Below the pieces are notes generated by a model, which was not told the DNA's origin, did no database searches, and was given only the letters and a program-made list of their open reading frames with translations. From Pseudomonadota bacterium (GTDB lineage: Bacteria > Myxococcota_A > Polyangia > Fen-1088): a DNA stretch of 62,215 bases. The first letter of the stretch is position 1. Every line of letters begins with the position of its first letter. A program made the translations under genes and the position numbers. The stretch spans positions 1 through 62,215 of the forward strand of contig JAEXQJ010000176.1 in the NCBI GenBank assembly GCA_023438785.1, read 5' to 3'. Positions 10,728 to 18,488 of this stretch are shown one piece after another.

Positions 10728-11438
10728 ATGCGGAGTCGTAAGGGGTGGATGGTGGTGGCGGTTGTGACGCTCGGCTTGTCGGCCGCGGCGTGCAGCGACG
10801 ATGATGACGAACCGACGGTGATAGGTGACGGTGGCGTCGACGCCATCACGTCGAACCTGAACCAGAACCAGGCCGTAGGTCTGATGATGCAGATCAATTC
10901 GAGCGAGGTCGCCGAGGCGCAGGTGGCCCAGGCCCGCGGTCAGGCGGCTACGGTGCGCGCCTACGCGGCTCGCATGATCACCGATCATCAGGCCTCCAAC
11001 AATCAACTGACCGCCGACCTGGTGACGGCGGACGTGGTCCCGACCGACAGCGACGAGCGCAGGGAGCTGCAGAACGATACCGACAACCAGGTGCAGTCAC
11101 TGTGGTCCGCCAGCACGGCGAAATTCGACCAGCAGTACATCAACAGCCAGGTGAACGAGCACCAGGACACGCTGTCGCTCATCGACACGAAGATCCTGCC
11201 TGCCATTACGAACCCGACCCTGCTCAATGATGCGCTCGCCTTGCGGGCCGTGGTGGTGCAACACCTGCAGCTGGCGCAGTCGATTCAGACTCTGCTGGGT
11301 ACGCCCGAGGCAAACACGACCTCCAGCGAGACAGAGACGGGCACTGGCACCACCGGCAGCGAGACCAGTACGGGGACCGGCACGGATACGGGGACCGGCA
11401 CGAACACGGCGACCGCGACAGGCCAGCCCGCCATGTAG
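10728..11438 (+). CDS. DUF4142-like (ferritin-like fold) lipoprotein with a Thr/Gly-rich low-complexity tail
   Basis: Lipobox LGLSAAAC. Two halves carry NSSEVAEAQVA...ITDHQ and FDQQYINSQVNEHQDTL patterns typical of DUF4142. The tail is TSSETETGTGTTGSETSTGTGTDTGTGTNTATATG. Confidence 0.7.
   Translation: MRSRKGWMVVAVVTLGLSAAACSDDDDEPTVIGDGGVDAITSNLNQNQAVGLMMQINSSEVAEAQVAQARGQAATVRAYAARMITDHQASNNQLTADLVTADVVPTDSDERRELQNDTDNQVQSLWSASTAKFDQQYINSQVNEHQDTLSLIDTKILPAITNPTLLNDALALRAVVVQHLQLAQSIQTLLGTPEANTTSSETETGTGTTGSETSTGTGTDTGTGTNTATATGQPAM
11319..11435 (+). repeat. low-complexity coding repeat (Thr-Gly/Thr-Ser) at the 3' end of the DUF4142-like gene
   Basis: Reiterated acg/acc-ggc codons encode (T-G/T-S) repeats. 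Confidence 0.6.
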
Positions 11439-11471
11439 CGCGACGGCCGAGCGCACAGCGCCGCCCGCGTG

Positions 11472-11486
11472 GTCCGCTGAGCGGAC
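11472..11486 (+). terminator. short GC hairpin downstream of the DUF4142-like gene (weak terminator candidate)
   Basis: GTCCGC-TGA-GCGGAC, followed about 15 nt later by TTCGTTT. There is no proper U-tract. Confidence 0.2.
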
Positions 11487-11572
11487 TGCCGGGCGGCCTT
11501 CGTTTGGCCCTGCGCACAGCCGTGACTCGGGCGAGCCCGCGTGTCAGGCTTCCCGCTCCGCGGGAGGGGGAC

Positions 11573-12649
11573 ATGTTTTCGGTGGCGAGCAACTTCGACG
11601 ACGAGCTGCCGGCGCAGCTGACGGGCATGGAAGTCGACGAGCTGTTCGGCTCGTGTGACGACGCGCCCGTGGGCCACGGCCGACCGCGGGCCATGGTCCC
11701 GCCCGTCACCTGGCGCACGCTGGCCCGTCATGTGGCCCGGGGTCGGGCGGCGGGCCTGGGCTTCAATCTCCTGCTCAATCCCTTGTGCCTGAGCGGGTTC
11801 GAGGAGAACACGCGTCTGGAACGCCGTCTCCGCTCTGCCCTGCGCCGGGCCGAGGCCATGGGCGTGACCGCGGTGACCGTGGCCCATCCGTGGTTGGTGA
11901 GCCTGGCGCGCGAGACGGCCTTGCGTGTGCGCGTGGGCGTGTTCGTGGGCATCGCGACCGTCGAGCAGGCGCGCTACTGGGAAGAGCTGGGCGGCCACGT
12001 GCTGGCCCTGGACACGCACGTGCTCAGTCGGGATCTGTTGCAGATTCAGCGGATCGTGCAGGCGGTGCACGCCCAGGTGGAGGTGCCGGTGAACATCGGC
12101 TGCCTCCTGCGCTGCCCGCTGGCCCGCACCCACGTGGCCCGCCTGTCCCACGCTTCGCGCCCCGGTGTTCAGCCCATGGACCCGTGCGTGCGCTGGTGCA
12201 TGGATGAGAAGCGCCGCGATCCCGTGAACCTGATCCGTGCCGACTTCATCCGGCCGGAGGATCTGGATCGCTACCGGGAAGTGGGCGTGAACAGCTTCAA
12301 GATCGTCGACCGCTCCTGCGCGACCGAGGTGCTGGTGGAGAGGGTGCGCGCCTATCACCAGCGGCGCTGGGACGGCAATGTCTTGCATCTGCTGGGCCCG
12401 CGCGGGGATCCGCCGCGTCGGCGCCGCTTGCCCATCTTCGATTCCCTGCGCCACCTGGGGCTGTTCGGCTCCCTACGCTTGCTCCGCCAGGCGCGCGAGT
12501 TCATGCGACTGGAGCTGCCGTGGAGCGTGGACAACCGTGCCCTCGACGACTTGCTCCTGCCCAACGGTTGCCAGGCCACCGAGTGCGAGGATTGTGGGCA
12601 CTGTGCCGACGTGGCCACCCGAGCCGTGTGTCGCATCGCGGTCCCGTGA
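11573..12649 (+). CDS. divergent peptidase-U32-family protein (UbiU/UbiV/RlhA-type family) with two Cys clusters
   Basis: ATG 11573 is preceded by GGGAGGGGG. N-terminal SNFDDEL...ELFG...GRP...GFNLLLNPLC, central GVTAVTVAHPWLVSLARE, and FKIVDRSCATEVLVERVRAYHQRRW (compare the KIEGR region) match my recollection of short U32 proteins. Cys clusters are GCLLRC...CVRWC and CQATECEDCGHC (12569-12604). The canonical PROSITE U32 signature is not intact. Confidence 0.6.
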   Translation: MFSVASNFDDELPAQLTGMEVDELFGSCDDAPVGHGRPRAMVPPVTWRTLARHVARGRAAGLGFNLLLNPLCLSGFEENTRLERRLRSALRRAEAMGVTAVTVAHPWLVSLARETALRVRVGVFVGIATVEQARYWEELGGHVLALDTHVLSRDLLQIQRIVQAVHAQVEVPVNIGCLLRCPLARTHVARLSHASRPGVQPMDPCVRWCMDEKRRDPVNLIRADFIRPEDLDRYREVGVNSFKIVDRSCATEVLVERVRAYHQRRWDGNVLHLLGPRGDPPRRRRLPIFDSLRHLGLFGSLRLLRQAREFMRLELPWSVDNRALDDLLLPNGCQATECEDCGHCADVATRAVCRIAVP

Positions 12650-12652
12650 ACC

Positions 12653-13690
12653 ATGGCCAGCGCCATTCTCCACGTGGCCACGGCGGTGCCCGCGCACCTC
12701 CTCGATCAGAAGAGCGTGAAGCGGGCTCTGGAGCCGCACTTCCCCGTGGCCGAAGCGCGGCGGGCGGCGATCCTGGCCCTCTTCGATCGCGCCCTCGTCG
12801 AGCGGCGTTTCAGTGTGTTGCCTCTGGAGCTGCTGCTCCAGCCGCGCGGCATCGGCGAGGCCATGGCGCTCTATCGCGAGCACGCCGTGGGATTGGCTTG
12901 CCAGGCCGCGGCCGCCTGCCTGGAGGGCGCGGGCCGGTCTGCCGAAACCGTGGATTTGGTCATCACCACGTCGTGCACGGGGTTTTTGATTCCTTCGTTG
13001 GAGGCCCACATGGTGAACCGCCTGCGTCTGCGCCCCGACGTGCGCCGCTTGCCCATCACGGCGCTGGGCTGCAGCGCGGGGGCGGCAGCCCTGGGGCGGG
13101 CGCACGACTTCCTGCGCGCCTACCCCGACGCGCACGTCTTGGTCGTGGCCGTGGAGTTGCCCTCTCTCAGTTTCCAGCCGCGCGACGGGTCCATGGGGCA
13201 GATCGTCTCCACGGCCATCTTCGGGGACGGGGCCGGCGCCGCTTTGCTCGGCGATGGAGCTGGCCTGCACCTCGTGGACGTGGAGTCGTGCCTCTTCTCC
13301 TCCAGCTTGGACGTGTTGGGGTTCGAGCTGCGTGACGACGGCTTTCACGTGGTGCTGGGAAAGGAGCTGCCCGCCGTCCTGCGCTACAACCTGGCGCCGG
13401 CGGTGGGCCGGTTGCTCGATCGTTCGGGGCTACGCCCGACTGACTTGCGTTTCAGCGCCCTGCACCCCGGGGGCCGTCGCATCCTGACCGCCGTGGAGGA
13501 GGCCCTGGGCCTGCCGCGCGCGGTGACCCAGCCGGCCTGGGACGTGTTGCGCGACTACGGCAACCTGTCCAGCGCGGCGGTGTTGTTCGTCCTGGCCCGT
13601 TGTCTGCAGCAGCCGCACGCGGGCTCGGGGCTGCTGGCTGGATTCGGTCCGGGACTGGCCGTGGATTTGGGCCTTCTGCGCTGGGGTTAA
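12653..13690 (+). CDS. type III polyketide synthase (chalcone/stilbene synthase superfamily)
   Basis: The catalytic triad is present: Cys in ITALGCSAGA (codon 13070-13072), His in ALHPGGRRIL (13463-13465), Asn in DYGNLSSAAV (13562-13564), plus FGDGAGA and GFGPG loops. The gene starts 3 nt after the U32-like stop. Confidence 0.92.
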   Translation: MASAILHVATAVPAHLLDQKSVKRALEPHFPVAEARRAAILALFDRALVERRFSVLPLELLLQPRGIGEAMALYREHAVGLACQAAAACLEGAGRSAETVDLVITTSCTGFLIPSLEAHMVNRLRLRPDVRRLPITALGCSAGAAALGRAHDFLRAYPDAHVLVVAVELPSLSFQPRDGSMGQIVSTAIFGDGAGAALLGDGAGLHLVDVESCLFSSSLDVLGFELRDDGFHVVLGKELPAVLRYNLAPAVGRLLDRSGLRPTDLRFSALHPGGRRILTAVEEALGLPRAVTQPAWDVLRDYGNLSSAAVLFVLARCLQQPHAGSGLLAGFGPGLAVDLGLLRWG

Positions 13691-13692
13691 TC

Positions 13693-15180
13693 ATGGAGCC
13701 GACTGTCTCGTTGCCCCTCTACTCGGGTCTGGTGCTGCTCGTGTCGGCGATTCGCGGGGGCGAGTTGGTCATCTCCAAGCGCAACCGCCGCACGCTGCAC
13801 GCCACGGGAGTCGGTGCGGTGGGTGAGCCGCACTTTCGCGCCATGGTCATCCTGCACGTGGCCGTCCTGGCGGGCGCGTTGTTGGAGGCGTGGGTCACGC
13901 GGCGTTCGTTGCGCATGGGCCTGGCGGTGCCGGCGCTGGGCCTGCTGGTCGGGGCCTCGGCGCTGCGCTGGTGGGTCATCGCCACGCTGGGGCCACATTG
14001 GAACGTGGCCATCATGGATTCCATCGGCAGCGCGCGGGCGGTGGTGACCCACGGGCCCTACGCGCACATTCGCCACCCCAACTACGTGGCCGTGTTCGCG
14101 GAGCTGCTGGCCCTGCCCCTGGTCCATGGGGCGTGGCTGACCGCCGCGGCGGGGGCGGTGGCTCACGTGTGGGTCCTGCGCCACCGCATCCGCGCCGAGG
14201 AGAGCGTGCTCCTGGCGCACCCGAGCTACCGCGCGGTCATGGCCCAGCGCCCTCGCTTCCTGCCCCGTCCCCTGCTCACGAGCCTGGAACACGCCTGGGA
14301 CGTGGTGCGATTGGGACGACCGTTGTTCTTGCTGGGAGGTCTGGCGCTCTACGGTCTGGGCGTGGCGGCCAGCCCTGGGCTCATACGTGGCCAACTCTTC
14401 TGGCTGGGGCTGGGCGCGGTCTGTTGCCTGCAGCTCATGACCCACTACTCGAACGAATATTTCGACTACGCGGCCGATTCGGCCAACCGCACGCCTACAG
14501 CCTGGTCCGGCGGCAGTCGCGTGCTGTGCGAGGGGCGGCTGCCACGCTGGGCGGCGCTGGTGGCGGCCCTGGTCGCGGCGGGGTTGGGGCTGGCGCTGGC
14601 CGTGGTCATCCGGCGGGTGGCGGGCCTGCTGCCGGCCGCCTTGCTCGTCGGGATTGCGGCGCTGTCGTGGACCTACAGCGCGCCGCCGGGCCGCCTGCAT
14701 TCGCGCGGCCTGGGCGAGGTGGACGGCGCGTTGGTGGTCACGGTGCTGGTGCCGCTCTTCGCGCTTGCCCTGCACGCGCCGGGGTTGACAGGACTGCGCC
14801 CCTTGCTCCTGGCCACCGTCCCGCCCGGCTGCCTGCAATTTGCCATGTTGATGGCCGTGGCCATCCCCGATGCGGCGGCTGACGCGCAGGTGGGCAAGCG
14901 TACGCTGGCCGTGCGGTTGGGCTCCACCTGGGCTTGGCGCACGCACGCCGCAGCCACAGCGCTGGCCTACGCCACGGTGCCGGTGCTCTACGTGGCCGGT
15001 CTGCCGCGCGCGGTGGCCCTGGCCGCCCTCGTCGTCGCGCCCTTCGCTGCTCGCCACCTGGCGCGCATGTCCCGCGGCCGCGCGCTCCAGAGCCCGAACT
15101 GGCCGGCCCTCACCTTCTGGCCCGCTGCCTTGCTCATCCTGACCACGGCCGCCGAGGCGGTTGCGTTCCTCTTGCTCTAG
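13693..15180 (+). CDS. fusion protein: N-terminal ICMT-family membrane methyltransferase plus C-terminal UbiA/MenA-type aromatic prenyltransferase
   Basis: N-half (about the first 190 aa): THGPYAHIRHPNYVAVFAELLALP and RIRAEESVL motifs of isoprenylcysteine carboxyl methyltransferase-like enzymes. C-half: NEYFDYAAD (14452-14478) and DAAADAQVGKRTLAV (from 14869), the two Asp-rich UbiA motifs, with about 8 further helices. It is a single uninterrupted frame, and the ATG lies 2 nt after the PKS stop. Confidence 0.8.
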   Translation: MEPTVSLPLYSGLVLLVSAIRGGELVISKRNRRTLHATGVGAVGEPHFRAMVILHVAVLAGALLEAWVTRRSLRMGLAVPALGLLVGASALRWWVIATLGPHWNVAIMDSIGSARAVVTHGPYAHIRHPNYVAVFAELLALPLVHGAWLTAAAGAVAHVWVLRHRIRAEESVLLAHPSYRAVMAQRPRFLPRPLLTSLEHAWDVVRLGRPLFLLGGLALYGLGVAASPGLIRGQLFWLGLGAVCCLQLMTHYSNEYFDYAADSANRTPTAWSGGSRVLCEGRLPRWAALVAALVAAGLGLALAVVIRRVAGLLPAALLVGIAALSWTYSAPPGRLHSRGLGEVDGALVVTVLVPLFALALHAPGLTGLRPLLLATVPPGCLQFAMLMAVAIPDAAADAQVGKRTLAVRLGSTWAWRTHAAATALAYATVPVLYVAGLPRAVALAALVVAPFAARHLARMSRGRALQSPNWPALTFWPAALLILTTAAEAVAFLLL

Positions 15181-15232
15181 CCTCCCTTTGTGAGGTCGAC
15201 CGGGTGCAAGGAGGCGCGGGTGCTGGGGCGGA

Positions 15233-15787
15233 TCAGGGTTCGGGGGAGGCGTCGAGCTCCCGAAGGGTCTTGGCGGCGCGCTGGACGATGGCCGCGCGGA
15301 CCTCGTCGTCGAGTTGTTTCATGCTGTTCAGCGAATCTGTGAACGCTGCGGTGTCGAGGACGACCAAGGCCCAGAAGGTCCCGGTGTCCGAAACCCACGT
15401 GTCCTGCAGGCGCGCGCTGGAGAGCGCGCCGTCGGTGATCTGCTTGGAGAGGTCCTCGACGTGTTGCTCGCCGGCCACGTCCGACCGCGTGGCCGTTTGG
15501 TATTCCCTGAGCATGGCCTTCACGCCCATCTGAAGCCCGCGCGCTAGATCGGCGCGCGCGCGTCCCTCGGCGGCGGAGCGAGCCAGAGACACGTTCGTCA
15601 TGCCCTGCACGCTGCCGACGCCGCAGAGCCCCTTGTGGTCGGGCAAGCCGGCCAGGCAGCTCCCCTTGGCCCACGCGGGCGCGCCGGCCAGTTCGGCTTG
15701 CAGGGTGGGCTTGGGCTTCTCGGGGCCGCCACAGCCCAGCCCGACGGTGCCCGCAACCACCAAGCCAACCAGATTCAGCTTCGACAT
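15233..15787 (-). CDS. LPP20-like lipoprotein
   Basis: Lipobox TVGLGC. GVGSVQGMTNVSLARSAAEGRARADLAR and TFWALVVLD resemble LPP20-family lipoproteins (recall). Confidence 0.55.
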   Translation of the reverse strand: MSKLNLVGLVVAGTVGLGCGGPEKPKPTLQAELAGAPAWAKGSCLAGLPDHKGLCGVGSVQGMTNVSLARSAAEGRARADLARGLQMGVKAMLREYQTATRSDVAGEQHVEDLSKQITDGALSSARLQDTWVSDTGTFWALVVLDTAAFTDSLNSMKQLDDEVRAAIVQRAAKTLRELDASPEP

Positions 15788-15902
15788 TCGGCTTTCGCTC
15801 CTTTCGGCTCAACCCTGGCCTCTTTCGGCTGGCCGAGGTGGCGGAGTGTCCCAGATGGTGCGCGCGAGCGTCAAGGCAACCCGCGACGTCGAAACGCGCG
15901 CG

Positions 15903-16937
15903 TCAGCGATCGTCCTGCGACTCGAAGACGAGGGGGACGCTGATGCGGGCGGGACCGCCGCTCACGCGCGCCTTGCCCAAAAGGGTGGCGGCGCAGGTGG
16001 CCAGGGCGTCGTCGCCCAGGGTGGACAATTCGGTGCGGGCCTCTTCGATGCGGCCGTCGCCCGCCACGCGCAGGGCGACGACCAGCGTGCCGCGCAGGTT
16101 GGGCCGTGTGGCCAGGGTCTTTTGGTAGCAGGGCAGGACGGCCGCGCCCAGCGCCCGTGCCGATTCGGCCATGGCCTCGGCCACGGCGCCACCATCGGCG
16201 AGACGCGGGCGTTTGACGGTGACCTGGGGGCTGGTCACCGGCGAATCCAACTCGGGGCTCGCGTCGCGTGTGCCCCCGCGGGTCAGCACGCGTCCGTCGC
16301 CGTCCAGCAGAGCGATCGCCTCCACGTCGGCCCCCATGCGAACCACGCCGCCGCCGCTGACCCACTGGCAGGCTTCGTTGCGCATCTTCGAACGCAGAGG
16401 CCGGAAGAGCACGCGCAAAAAGAGCCTGCCCGCGGCCCGATCGGCCAGCATGCGTTCCGCGCCCTCCGGCGACAGCGGAAAGCCCAGCGGGTCGTCGTCT
16501 AGGCCGGTCGTCAACTCCGCCCCTTGCGAGAGCCGAATTCCCTGTCGCAAATCGAGCAGCAGGCGGCGTTCACTCAGCTCGTATTCGCCGAAGGCGAATC
16601 CCGCCGGCGGCGCCACGGTCACATAGCGTCCTGTCTCCGCTGACTGACGCCGCTGGGCGTGCTCCTCGCGGGCGCGGGCCTGGGCCACCGCACTTCCGGG
16701 GAAGTCCATGCGCCCCTCGTCGCGCATGGAATCGCACAGCCGAACCAGACCCTCGCCGCCCTCGATGGAGATGGCCCCGGTTTCGTCCGCGTGGTGGGGC
16801 AGGGGAACGGCCGCGGGCTCGCTGGGTAGCGGCGGCGCGGGCTCCCTGGCCATGTCCGGCTCGGTCGGGGGCACGGTCGCACAGCCGCCGAGCGGACTCA
16901 CCATGAGCAGGATCAGGGCAATGCAACGTGGCCTCAT
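15903..16937 (-). CDS. lipoprotein with an AgmX/PglI-type C-terminal domain
   Basis: Start at MRPRCIALILLMVSPLGGC (lipobox). The C-terminal about 90 aa (LPCYQKTLATRPNLRGTLVVALRVAGDGRIEEA...ATCAATLL) is TonB-C-like, as in myxobacterial AgmX/PglI tails. The 479-aa track ORF is an upstream extension. Confidence 0.6.
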   Translation of the reverse strand: MRPRCIALILLMVSPLGGCATVPPTEPDMAREPAPPLPSEPAAVPLPHHADETGAISIEGGEGLVRLCDSMRDEGRMDFPGSAVAQARAREEHAQRRQSAETGRYVTVAPPAGFAFGEYELSERRLLLDLRQGIRLSQGAELTTGLDDDPLGFPLSPEGAERMLADRAAGRLFLRVLFRPLRSKMRNEACQWVSGGGVVRMGADVEAIALLDGDGRVLTRGGTRDASPELDSPVTSPQVTVKRPRLADGGAVAEAMAESARALGAAVLPCYQKTLATRPNLRGTLVVALRVAGDGRIEEARTELSTLGDDALATCAATLLGKARVSGGPARISVPLVFESQDDR

Positions 16938-16987
16938 GCCGTGATGGTACCTCAGTCCGGCGGCAGCGCGGCGCGGCGGAGGATCCG

Positions 16988-17335
16988 TCAGTGGATCCGC
17001 ATCTGGAAGATCCAGTTGACCAGCGTGATAGCCCCCGAGGAGTAGAAAAGAGCGCGGGTCGACCGGAGCTCGAAGGACTTGAGGAGCTTGTCCGTAAGCC
17101 AGAGCAGGGCCGTATTGACCAGCAGCGAGGTGAAGAGCAGCAGCAAGCCCAAGGTCAACAGGGTGGGCACCACGAGGAGCAGGCGCAGGAACCACCCGAG
17201 GCCCCAGTTGAGCGCGCTGAAGACCACGGCCACGAGGGCCGCCGTGGTCGGGGTCTTCAGGTAGATGCCGTTGTGCAGTCGACTGAGTCCGAGGACGGTC
17301 AGCGCCAACAGTGCCACGTGCAGGATCGTGTACAT
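16988..17335 (-). CDS. small 4-TM membrane protein (phage holin family IV / YvlD-like)
   Basis: The 115-aa product has four hydrophobic helices, with NWGLGWFLRLLLVP...LLVNTALLWLTDKL as in the PF04020-type family (recall). Confidence 0.5.
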   Translation of the reverse strand: MYTILHVALLALTVLGLSRLHNGIYLKTPTTAALVAVVFSALNWGLGWFLRLLLVVPTLLTLGLLLLFTSLLVNTALLWLTDKLLKSFELRSTRALFYSSGAITLVNWIFQMRIH

Positions 17336-17451
17336 GGCGCAAGCATAGCGCTGACCGCGCGGCGCGCCCAGGTCGTGCGCCGGCCTCCGGTCATCTCGAC
17401 GTCAGGGCGTCGCCTTGCCTAGCCGACGGCCGCATGCAAAGAGAGAACGGC

Positions 17452-17826
17452 ATGCACGAGACCGCGGTCGCCCAGCGCATGGTCGAAGTGGCCCTGGCCA
17501 CGGCGGCCGAGCACGGCGGTGGGCACGTGGTGGGCATGCGGCTTCTGCTGGGCGAGCTGACCTGCCTGGATGCGGAGACCCTGACCTTCGCGTTCGAGAT
17601 CGCCGCGCGCGGCACCGCCGCCCGCGCCTGCAAGCTGGACATCGAGCGCATCCCCACGCGCATCCGTTGTACGGAATGCGGGCAGGAGCGGGGTGGCGAT
17701 CTGCTGGAGCCTTGTGCGGGATGCGGGCAGCCGGGCGGCGATGTGGTGGCCGGACGCGAGCTGCACATGCTGACGATCGACGTGGACGACGCGCTCGCGG
17801 CGGGATTGGATGAGGGGGGAACATGA
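17452..17826 (+). CDS. hypA: hydrogenase nickel-insertion protein HypA
   Basis: MHETAVAQRMVEVA (MHE nickel site) and the zinc motif CTECG...CAGCG. Confidence 0.88.
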   Translation: MHETAVAQRMVEVALATAAEHGGGHVVGMRLLLGELTCLDAETLTFAFEIAARGTAARACKLDIERIPTRIRCTECGQERGGDLLEPCAGCGQPGGDVVAGRELHMLTIDVDDALAAGLDEGGT

Positions 17827-18485
17827 GCACGCAGATCGAGGTGGTGCGAGATGTCCTGCAGGACAACAGCGACAATGCCGAGGCCAACCGCAAGCTGTTC
17901 GCGGCGCGCGGCGTGTACGTGGTCAACCTCATGTCCGGACCGGGCGCCGGCAAGACCACGCTGCTCGAACGCACCGCCGCGGGACTGGGCGGTCGGCTGC
18001 GCATGGCCGTCATCACGGGCGATATCGACACCACCCGCGACGCCGATCGCATCGCCCGCCACGGCGTGCCCGCGCTGCAAATCAACACGGGCGGAGGCTG
18101 TCACATCGAGGCTCACCAGATCACCCGTTCCCTGCGGCAGCTCCCCGGCTCACTCGACCTGCTGGTCATCGAGAACGTGGGCAACCTGGTGTGCCCGGCC
18201 GAGTTCGATTTGGGCGAACACGACAAGGTCATGATCCTGTCCTGCACCGAGGGGCACGACAAACCGGCCAAGTACCCGCTCATGTTCAAAGAGTCGCGGG
18301 CCATGGTCCTCAACAAGATCGATCTTCAGCCCTACACCAACTTCGACGTGGACGCGGCCGTGGCCGATGCCAGGGCGCTCAATCCCGCCATCGACATCAT
18401 TCAGATGTCGGCCTGGAAGGGCGAGGGCCTGGAGGCCTGGTTCGCCTGGCTGGAGGCGCGCGTGGCCTCGGTCAAGCGCGGCTGA
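17823..18485 (+). CDS. hypB: hydrogenase nickel-incorporation GTPase HypB
   Basis: P-loop NLMSGPGAGKTTLLE, a CH motif (GGGCHIEAH), ENVGNLVCP and NKIDL. There is no His-rich N-terminus. It overlaps the hypA stop. Confidence 0.92.
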   Translation: MSTQIEVVRDVLQDNSDNAEANRKLFAARGVYVVNLMSGPGAGKTTLLERTAAGLGGRLRMAVITGDIDTTRDADRIARHGVPALQINTGGGCHIEAHQITRSLRQLPGSLDLLVIENVGNLVCPAEFDLGEHDKVMILSCTEGHDKPAKYPLMFKESRAMVLNKIDLQPYTNFDVDAAVADARALNPAIDIIQMSAWKGEGLEAWFAWLEARVASVKRG

Positions 18486-18488
18486 GCC

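Noticed and set aside
11285-12454. 389-aa minus-strand ORF
   Set aside because: It is antisense to the DUF4142 tail and the U32-like gene. The composition is shadow-frame.
13687-15057. 456-aa minus-strand ORF
   Set aside because: It is antisense to the ICMT-UbiA fusion gene. Its composition is Arg/Gln/Gly-rich with no motifs.
15181-15232. Possible bidirectional terminator between the convergent UbiA-fusion and LPP20-like genes
   Set aside because: Only a CCTCC...GGAGG pairing with a 24-nt loop was found. That is too weak to call.
16938-17342. Upstream extension of the AgmX-tail lipoprotein ORF (the track gives 15903..17342)
   Set aside because: It would read through the separate 4-TM membrane protein gene in another frame. 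The lipobox signal peptide begins at 16937.
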